DNA of 64,000 nucleotides from NCBI RefSeq assembly GCF_004010195.1, contig NC_057720.1, positions 34,654,453 through 34,718,452 of the forward strand. Direction: 5' to 3'. Shown in pieces: positions 36,416 through 49,361 of the stretch. The position numbers were made by a program, and so were the translations under genes. The stretch comes from Chiloscyllium plagiosum (lineage: Eukaryota). Below the pieces are notes generated by a model that worked only from the letters and a program-made list of their open reading frames with translations, made no database searches and had not been told where the DNA came from. How positions within the stretch are numbered: the stretch's first letter is position 1; the number at the start of each line of letters is the position of its first letter.

Positions 36416-36734
36416 ATTGAATCAGACTTGAATATTGTGCTACACCAACGATCTAACTAGCTAACCAGAGTTGTACTTTTAGTTTCAATTTAGTTTTTAC
36501 ATGTGAATATTGCCACCTCAAATGCATGTATCTGGCCAGATACTCTCCTCACTGAAATACTTCACTTCAGTTTTGTAACAACTAATCTCTTTAATGACTG
36601 GAAATAAGTCAATTAATGTAGTACGTATGCTGATGATATCATATGAGGAATAAAAAAATAACTCCTCCACTCTTTTACATAGTGTAAGACAATGTATAAA
36701 TTTGGAATGCAGTCTGATTTATTCAATGTTTCGT

Positions 36735-37145
36735 TTAATTTAAAAATCGAGTCAAGATAGGAAGATATGAGTTCTGTGGGGCAGCAGCAGGCAAAAGCAA
36801 TGGGTCTGCCCAGGACTGTCCTGTTTGTGGATTTTGGGAAGGTGGTAGAAGTGAGCTGTGTGGGGGTTGGGGGTCTATGAGCATGGGGACAGTTGGGAGG
36901 AGATCACCAAATGAAATGAGACTAATGATCGTGGTGGGGCCATGATCCAGGGGTAGATATGAGGAGATGCCTGAGAGCTAGTCATCAACCTCTGCAATGT
37001 AGAGATCAGAATGCCAGACAACAATGGCACCACGTTTGTTGACAGACTTAATTACATAGTCAGGGTTGGATCTGAAATCACAGAGTGCAGTCGGTTCAGA
37101 AGGAGATAGGTTTGATAGATTAAGAAGGGCAGAGAAATTGAACCA
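36735..37145 (-). mobile_element. Old Penelope RT N-terminal remnant (probably continues at ~38820-39290)
   Basis: Minus strand reads approximately TAHFYHLPKIHKQDS..PIAFACCCPTELISSYLDSIF, matching the Penelope RT motif FYxLPKIHK..RPI. Confidence 0.7.
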
Positions 37146-37532
37146 ACCAATGTGTCATGGCGCCACCTTGTGCTCCCGCGAGGAGGTTGAGCAATTCATC
37201 AACTTCACCAACACATTCCACCCTGACCTTAAATTTACCTGGACCATCTCTGACACCTCCCTCCCCTTCCTGGACCTCTCCATCTCCATCAGTGACGACC
37301 GACTTGACACTGACATTTTCTACAAACCCACCGATTCCCACAGCTACCTGGATTACACCTCTTCCCACCCTACCTCCTGCAAAAATGCCATCCCGTATTC
37401 CCAATTCCTCCGCCTCCGCCGTATCTGCTCCCAGGAGGAGCGGTTCCACCATAGAACACACCAGATGGCCTCCTTCTTTAGAGACCGCAATTTCCCTTCC
37501 CACGTGGTTAAAGATGCCCTCCAACGCACCTC

Positions 37533-37884
37533 NNNNNNNNNNNNNNNNNNNNNNNNNNNNNNNNNNNNNNNNNNNNNNNNNNNNNNNNNNNNNNNNNNNN
37601 NNNNNNNNNNNNNNNNNNNNNNNNNNNNNNNNNNNNNNNNNNNNNNNNNNNNNNNNNNNNNNNNNNNNNNNNNNNNNNNNNNNNNNNNNNNNNNNNNNNN
37701 NNNNNNNNNNNNNNNNNNNNNNNNNNNNNNNNNNNNNNNNNNNNNNNNNNNNNNNNNNNNNNNNNNNNNNNNNNNNNNNNNNNNNNNNNNNNNNNNNNNN
37801 NNNNNNNNNNNNNNNNNNNNNNNNNNNNNNNNNNNNNNNNNNNNNNNNNNNNNNNNNNNNNNNNNNNNNNNNNNNNNNNNNNNN
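37533..37884. other. Assembly gap (352 N)
   Basis: Run of N inside the Penelope ORF. Confidence 1.
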
Positions 37885-38629
37885 ATATATTTCCCTCCCC
37901 ACTCCTTTCCGCCTTCCGCAAAGACCGTTCCCTCCGTGACTACCTGGTCAGGTCCACGCCCCCTTACGACCCACCCTCCCATCCTGGCACTTTCCCCTGC
38001 CACCGCAGGAACTGTAAAACCTGCGCCCACATCACCTCCCTCTCCTCTATCCATGGCCCCATTGGAGCTTTCCACATCCATCAAAGTTTTACCTGCACAT
38101 CCCCTAATATCATCTATTGTATCCGTTGCTCCCGATGCGGTCTCCTCTACATTGGGGAGACTGGGCGCCTCCTAGCAGAGCGCTTTAGGGAACATCTCCG
38201 AGACACCCGCACCAATCAACCACATCGCCCAGTGGCTCAACATTTCAACTCCCCCTCCCACTCTGCCGAGGATATGGAGGTGCTGGGCCTCCTCCACCGC
38301 CGCTCCCTCACCACCAGACGCCTGGAGGAAGAACGCCTTATCTTCCGCCTCGGAACACTTCAACCCCAGGGCATCAATGTGGATTTCAACAGTTTCCTCA
38401 TTTCCCCTTCCCCCACCTCATCCTAGTTTCTAACCTCCAGCTCAACACTGTCTCCTTGACTTGTCCGACCTGCCCAGCTCCTTTTCCACCTATCCACTCC
38501 ACCCTCTCTTCCCTGACCTATCACCTTCATCTCCTTCCCCACCTACCTATTGTACTCTATGCTACTCTCTCCCCACCCCCACCCTCCTCTAGCTTATCTC
38601 TCCATGCTTCAGGCTCTCTGCCTTTATTC

Positions 38630-38657
38630 CTGATGAAGGGCTTTTGCCCGAAACGTC
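38630..38657 (+). ncRNA. Minimal hammerhead ribozyme motif, best preserved copy (family A)
   Basis: CTGATGA-A-GGGC-TTTT-GCCC-GAAAC-GTC: exact catalytic boxes, stem II and a GUC cleavage triplet. Confidence 0.85.
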
Positions 38658-38821
38658 GATTTTGCCTGTCCTCGGATGCTGCCTGAATTGCTGTGCTCTT
38701 CCAGCACCACTAATCCATAGTTCTCAGATACAGGTCAGTCGATTTTGCCTGTCCTCGGATGCTGCCTGAATTGCTGTGCTCTTCCAGCACCACTAATCCA
38801 TAGTTCTCAGTATACAGGTCA
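38655..38821 (+). repeat. Tandem duplication of 83/84 bp
   Basis: 38655-38737 and 38738-38821 are identical apart from a 1-nt indel. Confidence 0.95.
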
Positions 38822-39304
38822 GGTCCAGGTAAAAGGCCAGAAGGAGGGACTCAGGTGGAGGGAAAGAGGGAGGTGGATGAAGGGGTCTGTGGAATGGGGA
38901 GATTTCTCTTGTCCAAAGAAATGATGAAAGAAGAGTTTGTGGCCGAAATTTATTGAAATGGGTATCGTGGTGGGTGGGCAGAGGGATACAGGTAAAACCT
39001 GTACTGAGTACCCAATGTTCAGAATCAGAAAGTGGAAGGTCAGAATAAATATATGACAGGAAGTGGGATTACGAGAGGAGATGGAATCAGAGGGAAGGGG
39101 AGGGGAGGAGGGTTCCGGAGGGGAGTGGTTATCTCTGATTTGTTGTGTCTCATGTTCCTTAATCCCTAAAAGGAGAAGAAAATGTTTCTTGCTAGAGCAT
39201 CAAAAGAATCAGAGGATGAATAAAGAGGTTGAGAGTGTGCATATGGTGACACATGGCATTAAGTGTCGATCTCAGGATGTGGTGAGAGCCACACTGTTAC
39301 AAAG

Positions 39305-39490
39305 ACCGATCTGCTTCACTAATGTTCTTCAGGGAAGGAAAACTGCCGTGCTCACTTAGTCTGGCCCGCATGTGATTCCAGATCCATAACAATGTGGCTG
39401 ACTGTTAACTGGCTTCTGGGCAAAAAGGGATGGGCAACAAATGCTGACCTAACAGCGACACCCAAATCTGAAAAATGAATTCATAAAAAG
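39305..39490 (+). mobile_element. 5'-truncated copy of the tRNA-headed SINE
   Basis: ttcactaatgttcttcagggaaggaaaactgcc..gggatgggcaacaaatgctg. Confidence 0.8.
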
Positions 39491-39804
39491 AAAATCCATC
39501 CAGTGCAGAGGCTTAAAGGGATTGGAAAATAAAAGACCAGGAAGCAAAACACAGCAATCATTATGAACCTGAGTACATTCCCTGACTTCTGTAACAAATT
39601 CACCCCACAGAATCAACTGCCAATAATGAAATAGCTGAGGAGTTTCAGAAGGCATTTAAATAAGTGAATAAAGTACTGACTAGGGTTCTATTTTGCCCAC
39701 TGGGATCCCAAGAACCAGTTGGCTTTATCACCTGATGCTTTGCCACAAGGATTGTGATTGTTGTTACTTCACAATAATTAAGGTAATGTGACAAGGCCTG
39801 TCAA

Positions 39805-39960
39805 TTATTTGATTTGATTTAGTTTGATTTATTGTCACATTTACTTAGATACAGTGAAAAGTGTTGTTTTGCATGCTATACAGACAAAGCATACCATAAA
39901 CGTGCATCAGGGAAGCAGAATAGAGTGCAGAATACAATGTAGCAACTGCTAATTCCAATG
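39805..39960 (-). mobile_element. Probable Rex1-like 3' end with (TCAAA)n tail
   Basis: tttgatttgatttagtttgatttattgtcaca; same strand as, and downstream of, the Rex1 RT remnant. Confidence 0.5.
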
Positions 39961-40045
39961 CCAGGTTCTGTGCTCGCCATGGTAATGACAGTAAGGGCTC
40001 ACTCTATACTGGCCCCGATCTCATCTGTGGTGGATTTGATAGTGA

Positions 40046-40152
40046 GCTACATTAGGCTCACTCAAGGTCTGCGCACTAGGCCCACTCAACGTCCTCATGC
40101 TAGGCTCGCTCGAAGTCTGTGCGTTGGGCTCGCTAAAGGTCCGATGTGGGCT
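40046..40152. repeat. Degenerate minisatellite, ~24-bp unit, ~4 copies
   Basis: Recurring (t)aggctc(a/g)ctcaaggtc(t/c)g unit. Confidence 0.7.
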
Positions 40153-40309
40153 CTCGCCACTGCCAGTGCCGTCCAAGCTCAGGAAAGGAGGTAAGTAAAG
40201 GTAAAGAGAGGAGAAAACAAAACACAAGAAAGTAGGGAAAAATAGAGTAAAAAGAAAGAAACAAAAAGAGTCTGGACCGGATGAGCATTGGCTCTACTCT
40301 GCCAGCATC

Positions 40310-40790
40310 TTGTTTCCACCTGCTAACCTCTCAAATCACTTCATAATTATGGAGGTCAGAGCCACCAAGCAGTAGTCATTGAGGCATTCAGCATGATTTT
40401 TCTTTGGCACCAGGATGATGGTGGTCTTCTTGAAGAAGGAGGAGACTTCTGATTGAAGTAAGGAGAGGTTGAAGATGCCAGTGAATATTCCCTGGTCCAC
40501 ACACAATCTGTATGGCTGGGAAATCCAGCTGGGCCAGTTGATTTCTGTGAATTCACTCTCAAGAAGGCTGACCTGACGTCTGCGTCAGGGACTGAGGGAA
40601 CATGTGCATCTGTGGCTGTCAGGGCAGGTGACATTGTTTCACTGATCTTCTGTTCAAAGCGCACGTAGAATGCATTGAGCTCATCGGGTAGAAATGTACT
40701 GTTGGCCATGATTCTGTTCGACATCACTTTGTAGCCTATTACATCACGTAAGCCATGCCACAAATGATGGGTGGTTAGTCTGGCTTATAT
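40310..40790 (-). mobile_element. Rex1/Babar-clade LINE RT N-terminal remnant
   Basis: WHGLRDVIGYK..LPDELNAFYVRFE..VRSAFLRVNSQKSTGP, then frameshifted IILVPKKNHAECLNDYCLVALTSIIMK. Confidence 0.8.
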
Positions 40791-41007
40791 GTTCCATGTA
40801 TGTGAATAAAGCAAATTGTCGCAAGTAAAACTATTCTGAGGTTAACCATCAGGGGTGGTGTTACAAAGTCCTGTTATCTACCTGTAAGGTGTTCCATGTC
40901 ATTGTTAAGTGATGACTAAACACTTACGATACTACTTAATTGAAAAATGGAATACCATCCCTTACAGCCTAAGGGATGCAGACTGATTTTCATGGCCCAT
41001 CACTATT

Positions 41008-41745
41008 TACGAGAAAGTGAGGACTGCAAATGCTGGAGATCAGAGTTGAGAGTGTGTTGCTGAGAAAGCACACAGGTCAGGCAGCATCCAAGGAGTAAGA
41101 GAATCGACGTTTTGGGCATAAGCCCTTCATCAGGAATGAGGCTGTGGGTTGGGCTGAGGGATAAATGGGAGAGGGGGTGGGGTTGGAGGGAAAGTAGCTG
41201 AGAAAGCGATAGATGGATGAAGGTGAGGGAGAAGGTGATAGGTCAGAGGGGGAGTGATGGACAGGTCTGGAGGGCGGTGCTGAGTTGGAGGCATGGGACT
41301 GGCATAATGTGAGGGGAGGGGAAATGGGGAAGGTGTTGAAATCCACATTTATCCCGTGTGGTTGCAGGGTCCCAAGGCGGAATATGAGGCAATCTTCCTC
41401 CAGGCATCAGTTGGTAACGGTTTGGCGGTGGAGGAAGCCCAGAACCTGCATGTCCTTGATGAAGTGGGAGGGGGAGTTGAAGTGTTCAGCCATGGGGCAG
41501 TGGATTGGTGGGTGTGGGTGTCCCAGAGATGTTCTCTGAAACGATCCGCAGGAAGGCGTCCTGTCCCCTTGATGTAGAGGAGACCACACCGGGTGCAACA
41601 GATGCAGTAGATGACATTGGTAGAGGTAGAGGTAAATTTCTGATGCATGTGGAAGGATCCCTTGAGGCCTTGAACGGAGGTGAGGGGAGTGGTGTGGGCG
41701 CAAGTTTTGCACTTGCGTGGTTGGTGGGGGTGGGGAGGGGGAGGA
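41008..41745 (-). mobile_element. Penelope family A 3' fragment (GIY-YIG + pLTR)
   Basis: NVIYCICCTRCGLLYIKGTGRLPADRFREHLWD; hammerhead at ~41106-41133 has GAAA mutated to AAAA. Confidence 0.9.
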
Positions 41746-41759
41746 ATTCAGTTACCTGG

Positions 41760-44330
41760 ACAATTACGGAAAAGTTTAATAGGGAGAAAGGGCTCAGCAG
41801 AGGTTATTAAAGTTTCCACAAAAGTCATAGGACAGACAGTATAGAAAGGATCAGGAATCTAACTTTAGGCACAGCAGTAAAGGGGTTAATCATGAGAAGA
41901 GAGGCACTCAATGCAGGACTGAGGAAGTTGTACTTAAATACATGCAGTATATGAAACAAGGTAGTGCAGATTGAAACTGACAGGAATAATTTTGCAAATA
42001 TTACAGAAATGTAGTTGCAAGAGGCTCAGGCCTGGGAACTAAATATCGAAGAATACACGCCCCGTTGAAAGGACAAATAAAGTGTATGTGTTGGGGGGGG
42101 GGGGGGGGGGGGGGAGGGAGCTGTCTTGTCGGTAAGAAATAAAATTAAGTTGATAGCAAGAAGTGATATTGAGTCAAAAGGTGTAGAATCTGTGCAGATA
42201 GAGTTGAGGGAATGCATAAGAAACAAGAACCTGACTTATGTACAGAGCTCCTGGCAGTAATCAGGATATGAGGAAGAAAATAAGTTAAGAGATAGAAAAG
42301 GCATATAAGAAAGGTACTTTTACAAAATGCAGGTGGATTGGTAAAATCAGGATGGTTGCAGATATCAAGAAAAGGAATTTGTGGAATTTCTATGAGATTC
42401 TTTTCGAAGCCACTTGCAGAACAGATAGGTGTTTCTCGGGGTAATTTGGAAAGCAGAGCAGAAATTCATCCGAAGGAAGAAGAAACATACTAAGGGGAGG
42501 ATGAGACAACCATGTCAAAGAAGAGAAATCAGGGACAGCATAGAAGGAAAAGAACAAGTGGTGAAGATCAGTGGGAAAATCAGCAACGGACAAGAAAAAG
42601 AAATAAGAAGAAAGAAGATGAAAAAGGGGAGTGAGCTCACTAGCAATATAAAAACAGATGGCAAGAATTTAATTAATATCTAAAAGTTAAGATAGAGGCA
42701 AGAATGGGCATTGTACCACTGGAAAATGAGGCTGGTGAAGTAGTAATGGGGATCAAAGAAATGGCAGAGGAACTGAATACCAGCAGCATACTACAAGAGA
42801 GTCAGAGGGGCAGAAATGAATATATTGGCCATCACTAAAGAGAAGGCGCTAGGGAGGCTGAAAGATCTGAAGGTGGATAAATAAAACAGCCTGGATGGTC
42901 TATACTTCAGGGTTCTAAAGGAGATAGCTGAGGATATTGTAGAGGCATTGGTGGTGATATTCCAGGATTCACTGGAGTCAGGGAGGGTCCTAATGGACTG
43001 AAAAATAGTTAATGTAAAACCCCTGTTTAAGAAGGATGGCAGAACACAGAAACTATAGGCCAGTTAGCTTGGTAAAATTTGAGAGTCCATTATTAAAGGA
43101 TAAGATTGTAGAGTACTTGGAAGTGCTTGATAAAATAGGATTGATTCAACATGATTTTGCCAAGCGGATCATGCCTGACAAATCTGTTAGAATTTGTAGA
43201 GGAGGTGATGAGCAAGTTAGACAAAGGAGAAATGCAGATGGGACCTATTTGGATTTCTAGAAGGCTTTTCACAAGGTCCCACACAGGAGACTGAGAATCT
43301 TTCAGGATGGCAGCTGGTGACTAGTGGAGTTCCACAGGGGTCTGTGTTAGGAGCATAGGTATTCATGTTACACATTAATGATTTGGATGAAGGAACTGAA
43401 GACAATGTTGCTAAGTTTGCAGATGACAGAAATATAGATGGATGGACAAGTAGTGTTGAGGAAGCAGGGAGACTGTAGAAAGACTTAGACAGGCTAGGAG
43501 AGTGGGCAAAGAAGTGCTAGATCAAATATAATGTCGAAAATTTTGAGGTTATGCATTTTGATGGGAAGTATAGAGGTATAGATTAATTTCTAAACAGCTA
43601 AAGGCTTCACAAAGCTGAGGCGCAAAGGGACTGGGTAGTTCTAGTTCAGAATTCTCTTAAGGTTAACATGTAGCTTCATTTGACAGATAAGAAGGTAAAT
43701 GCAATATTTACATTCAGTTCAAGAGGGCATGGATGTACTGCTGAGACTGTATAAGGCTCTGGCCAGACCTTATTTGGAATATTGTGAGCAGTTTTGGGCC
43801 CCATATCTAAGGAAGGATGTGCTGTCCTCAGAGGGGATCCAGAGGGAATTTACAAGATGATTTCTGGGAATGAATGGCTTGTCACATGAGGAGCACTTGA
43901 GGATTCTGGATCTGTACTTGATAGAGTGTAGAAGGTGGACGGGCGATGTGATTGAAACTCACGAAATACTGATAGGCCTGGATACATTAGACGTGGAGAA
44001 GATGTTTCCATTTGTAGAAGAGATTAGGACCCGAAAGCACAGACTCAGAGTGAAGGGACAATCCTTCAAAACTGAAATGAGGAAAGATTTCTTCAGCCAG
44101 AGGGTGGTGAATCTGTGGAGCTCATTGCTGCAGATGACTGTGGAGGCCAAGTCATTGAATGTATTTCAGACAGAGATGGATAGATTCTTGATTAGTATCG
44201 AGATCAAGGGTTAAAGGGAGAAGGCAGGAGAATGGGGTTGAGAAATATGTCAGCCATGATCGAGTTGTGCAGCAGACTCAATGGGCCGAATGGTCTATTT
44301 TTGTTCCTTTATCTTAATGTTTTATTGTCT
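41760..44330 (+). mobile_element. Old CR1 ORF2 (EN to 3' UTR) with many deletions and a G22 run at 42093-42114
   Basis: NYRPVSL, QHDF, YLDF.KAF.KVPH, SGVPQGSVLG, KFADD and FFSQRVVNLW; 3' UTR gggccgaatggtct. Confidence 0.9.
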
Positions 44331-45479
44331 AATGCTAATATTGTACAAGCAGGATCCTCAGCTGGTTGTAACAAAGAGAATTCAAGGTCCTGACACCCCA
44401 CATGAAAAGAAAATATAAGGCACTCACAGGTTGCTTTATAACAATTAGTAAATCCTCTCAGAACACATTGCAGCAAACTGCCCTATTTTCAGGAAGTGCA
44501 TTGTTTAACTTCAGCTTTTCAAATTTCAGTCCAACCCTAAAATGGTCAAACCTGTTTTTCTTGTTATTCTTCGAGAACATCCTCAGGATGGGCAGGTTGC
44601 TTCTTTGTTGAGAATGTTCAAACACAATGATGACCATGCAACAAAATCTTAATATTCCAATATATCCAGGAACTGGGAAGGCTGAGATACACATATGGTT
44701 TTCAGGAGTCTGGCTTTAGTTTCAAGGCTGAGTGTCTTCAATGCTGTGTAAGGTTCTTTGGAAGGTTAACTATTTGTAGGCACTTAAACAAATAACTGAA
44801 CAATGTAGAGAAAATATGTTTGTAATTATGATAGAAATAAAGAACTTTCATTATATACTACCTCATCACACTACACATACATTGGATACTTTATAGTCAA
44901 TTCTTGAAGTTATGAAGACATAAAAGCAGCCATTTTGTACAAAGTTTGATCCCAAAAACTGCAACAAGATGATTGGATTTGATAAAGTCTCAAGTTCAGA
45001 TGAATGAGGAGTGACATCATTGAAAAATATAAAATTCATCATTGGTTTGACATGTAGGCCTGAATTTTTATACTAACAGATGATAGATTTAAGAGGAACT
45101 TTCACAATCTACTGTCAAAGCAAGTTGTTAAACTGTCAAGTAAAAGTATTGCCCTTTAAATGTATTTTTAAAACTCTGCAAATTTTTAAAAAACTGCATA
45201 TTATTTCATTAGATCGGTTGCATTAGATGAAGGCTTTTGTTACCAGACTTTTGCTTCAAGGCTGATTTCAGAACCATTCATTATCACAGTAGCGTATCTG
45301 CGAATTGGCTGTTTGATTACCAGCGACCAGTTGTTCTCGACTCTTTGAGGCAGGACAATGAAGTCCAATGCTTGTTGCTGTGAAGGATTATGAACTTTAA
45401 TGAAATGTTTGTTATTATAACGTGTTATATAGTTGAAGAAATATGAATGCAGTAAATAGATTTTATTATGAATGAGAAT

Positions 45480-46600
45480 ATTATTTCAATACTTTCATGA
45501 CATATCCCTGAGCATGTTTACCCAATTTGTTACGGTTCCAGATCGGATACTCAAACTTTTAAGCTCTGGGATGAGGAGGAAGCAAATTGGCTTATCTTGG
45601 TTATTCATCCTTCGCTGGTCACAATACAACAAAGTTAATTTTAAAAGTGTATCTTCTGCTATGGGAAGCTTCCTTCCAGACCTAAATTATCTTTGTTTCA
45701 AAAGGCAACAATTTAACAAGGTTAATACTTGGGATGATGTTCGCTGGAACCCACACATTCCCAAGAACCCCATGGTTTCACATTCCATATTATTATTGTC
45801 TGTGATTTTATAGCTATGAGCACTACCCATTCTGAACCCTCTGCATGTCCACTTGGCGCTTAGCAAACTCACTCTTTACAAGATTGACCACTAGATCAGC
45901 TGACTGAAGTTTGCAGAAGAATATGTCCAGTTGCTCTGTGTGTTTCTTGAGTGTTATTGTATAATTGCAGGTTATCTAGGTATAAAACAACCTTTGATGA
46001 GTCTGTTATCATCAGATTTTGAAAGGTGCCTGGGGTATTTAGGAGTCTGCATGTCATGACTCAACACTGGTATAACCCAGAGTTGCAAAAGCAGTGATTT
46101 GTTTTGTGTGGGCAGTGAAGGGAACCTGCCAGTGCCCCTTGAGTAAATCCATCTTGATAGCATAGGCTGCTTTACGTTTCTTATCTATGCAAACATCCTG
46201 GTATGGAGTAGGAGTTGTGTCTGGTCAGTACACTAACTTTACAATTGTCAACAGAGAGCCTTGTGCAGCCATCTGGCTTGGGCATGACCTCAAGTTGGCA
46301 GTTCCAGCTATTGCTGCTAGGTTGTATTAATCGATGCTGCAGCTTATACTTAATTTTACCTTGGACCTGGACCAGCATTTCTGTGCCTAACTGATAAGGA
46401 TGTTGCCTCATGGGAGTGGTCCCTCCTACATGTACGCCAATTACAGCCTGAGTGGTGCAGCCTAGCTTGTCTCTGCATAAGTCCTTTATATAGTGAGCAG
46501 CTTTGTTAAGTCTGCTCATTGTTCCGTGCACCTAAGTGAGTGAATTAGGAGTATTCACTAGTGTTGCTATATTGGTTAGCCAGGTTGTAGGGGTTTTATT
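45480..46600 (-). mobile_element. Ty3/Gypsy LTR retrotransposon pol (RT) remnant
   Basis: PMRQHPYQL..IQPSSNSW..PKPDGCTRLSVDNCKV..SYSIP, then KMDLLKGHWQVP, NTPGTFQ, YLDN (decayed YLDD) and FLGMCGF in order on the minus strand. Confidence 0.8.
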
Positions 46601-47839
46601 GTGAACCTCACACATGTCTTGGTACAATCCAAGCCCATTGCTACCCTTATCTGCTAGGTCAGTGGCAATAGGACAAACCATTGCTTGCTTGGCCCCTTCT
46701 CAGTACTATATTATCATGTTGACAGGACACTGTTTTTACTTTTTCCCTGATCTCAATCATGAATGTTCACTCCCTAAGCTTCTTGCCCACTTTGTTCTTT
46801 ATCTTATGTTTTTACACAAAGAAATGGTAATGCAACACACACGTACAGATTACAAATGCGAGCTGAGTCCAAAAAGATGTGTTAAAAAAAAAGAATCAGT
46901 CTGTGAATTGTTCTTCAAGAATGGATAGTTCACCATTGCAGCCAATTCAGTGAATGTTACCGGAAGCATTGAGATTGGTCAATTTTGAGATACATGGCTT
47001 TGTAGGTTGATTAAAACTCTTGTCCAATCAGCATTGACTGATTGGCAGACTGCTTTACTCACAGAGTTGGGATGTTTAAATAGTTGCTACCAGAGTAGTG
47101 ACTCTCATGGCCCACTAGTCAACACATTAGGATGACATTAGGATGTTAGGCCACTAACACACACACAAAACAATGTTGAAGCTCCATTTTAATCCTTGTC
47201 CATATTCATTATTGAAGGGGGAAAAGTACAGCTATGCCCCTTGCTCAGTCTGCTGTAATTTGTGACATTCTCTGGATATTAAAAATTAAGTTTGTAGAGC
47301 ACTTTCTCCTTTGGAAGCTTCTTTGACACTTCATCAGATATGACATCCAGTGTCTCTCTCAGGGTAGCCATTAAATTTACATTGTGATTAACATTTAGTT
47401 ATATTTCTGTTTTATACATTGTAATTGAAGTTTGATACATTCTTAGGTGATTTGGGGTTATGATCCATAGTCATGATAATATACAGCTGATGAAATGCAG
47501 TACAAAATTTGCTTTACTTTATTTTCTCTCTGCATAGATCATGAGGTCTATCCATGAGTGAGTTGTCATGTTGGTGAAAGGATAGTGGTAGAAAGAGTAT
47601 GGGTAAGCAGGAGTTGGTACTTTTTTGTCAAATAATCTATAAAGAGTCAAGGGAAATGGGTAGAGGGGGATAAATTGACATGGAAGGCATGAGGGCTCAT
47701 GGCATGTGTGGTTGGCATGGTGTGGCAAAGTTGGCATCATGTGAGGGGTTGAGAGGAATGAAACATGGAAAGATGTTTTATAGTTTGATTGTTTTCTTGT
47801 GGAAACTTTAACAGTACCAATACATAGAGGTAGATCTTA

Positions 47840-48480
47840 CCCCCCAAAGGAGCCTTCCACATCCATCAAAGTTTCGCCTGCACATCATTTATTGTATCCA
47901 TTGCTCCCAATGTGGTCTCCTCTACACTGGGGATACTGGATACCTTCTCGCAGAGCACTTTAAGGAACATCTCCGGGACACCCGCACCAATCAACCCCAC
48001 TGCCCCTTGGCCCAACATTTCAACTCCACCTCCCACTCCGCCGAGGACATGCAGGTCCTGGGCCTCCTCCACCGCTGCTCCCTCACCACCCGACGCCTGG
48101 AGGAAAAACGCCTCATCTTCTGTCTCAGAACACTTCAACCCCAGGACATCAATGTGGACTTCACCGGTTTCCTCATTTCCCCTCCCCCACCTTATCCCAG
48201 TTCCAACCTTCCAGCTCAGCACCATCCTCATGATCTGTCCTTCCTTCCCACCTATCCGCTCCATCCTCCTCTCTGACCTATCACCTTCATCCCCACCCCC
48301 ATCCTCCTATTGTACTCTTTGCTATCTTCTCCCTAGCCTCAATCCCCTCCCATTTATCTCTCCACCCTGGAGACTCCCTGCTTTCATTCCTGATTAAGGG
48401 CTATTGCACAAAACATCGATTTTCCTGCTCCACAGATGCTGCCTGACCTGCTGCGCTTTTCCAGCACCACCCTAATCCAC
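47840..48480 (+). mobile_element. Penelope family A 3' fragment
   Basis: AQHFNSTSHSAEDMQVLGLL..LEEKRLIF followed by the pLTR with a decayed hammerhead at ~48390. Confidence 0.9.
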
Positions 48481-49361
48481 ACTCAAGCTCTGGCAGACTC
48501 GGCACTCATTCCGGGGTGATACAACTTTCAGCCAGGTAACGCTGCCATCCGGGAATGAAAAGGTCAGCTTTTGGAACAGTTAGTCTGTGAATGGTTTGAT
48601 GGAGCTAGAAAATGACCCAACCCTCAGCAAAAAGTCAGCATGTCAATAGTGAGAGACTGTTACCCCAGTTTCAGGATAAGAAATTAGCCTTTTAGGACTA
48701 CAATGAGAATAGATCTCTTTCCTTAAATGTCTATGAAACATTGGAATTCTGTACTCACAAAGATATTGGAGCTCAATTATTGATCAAGGTCACTTTTTGT
48801 CAATACAGATGAGGAAGGCCACTTGACCCACACTTTAGTGCTCCACTACTCTAAAAAGAAAGATAAGTATGTTTTCATCCAAAATCAACAAGCCTCATTA
48901 TATGTGTTGATAACTTTCAAGAGAATGTATTTTTGCTGTTGGCAATTTTGCCTTTCTGCATTTGTCACACTTGTTCTATGCTTATAATTCTCTGGAATTT
49001 ATCTTTTCTATACCAGTAAGCACCATTGGCACCCACGAACGTTCGAGGCTAACCAAACCTAATATTTCAGGTTTGATACCCTGGCATACTGTGGCATCAT
49101 CTTTCTGAACTGCCTCTCAGACATAATTGTATGTTTTGCATGTCTCTGACCAATACACAGGGTGTAGTATGATCACAGTACTTTAGGAAAAGCCTTATTT
49201 ACATGTTTCCACTGACTTAGCTATATTCTGTTATGTCTGCTTATTGCTACTGACTTGATATGCCAGGATGTTTTGATGTTTTGAGTCTAGATGACTGTTC
49301 ATCGGTGTCATCCGGATTTAAAATGTTAGCTTACTCTCCCTCCATGGATGCTGCCTGACCT

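Larger units (their letters stand above)
37158..38717 (+). mobile_element. Young 5'-truncated Penelope-like element (RT C-terminus + GIY-YIG endonuclease + pLTR)
   Basis: Before the gap: FHPDLKFT..LPFLDL..YKPTDSHSYLDYTSSHP..IPYSQFLRLRRICS. After the gap an open frame 37887-38426 reads CHRRNCKTC..NIIYCIRCSRCGLLYIGETGRLLAERFREH..HFNSPSH..GINVD*. CpGs are well retained. Confidence 0.96.

Noticed and set aside
37066..38175. 369-aa ORF and overlapping ORFs as single proteins
   Set aside because: They span the N gap. The real frame after the gap is different (37887-38426), and the N-terminal ~30 aa come from flanking sequence.
40046..40152. CRISPR-like array
   Set aside because: Degenerate tandem units without unique spacers, no cas genes, vertebrate context.
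42093..42114. G22 run as a functional G-quadruplex
   Set aside because: Homopolymer expansion within a decayed CR1 endonuclease region; its length is also assembly-sensitive.
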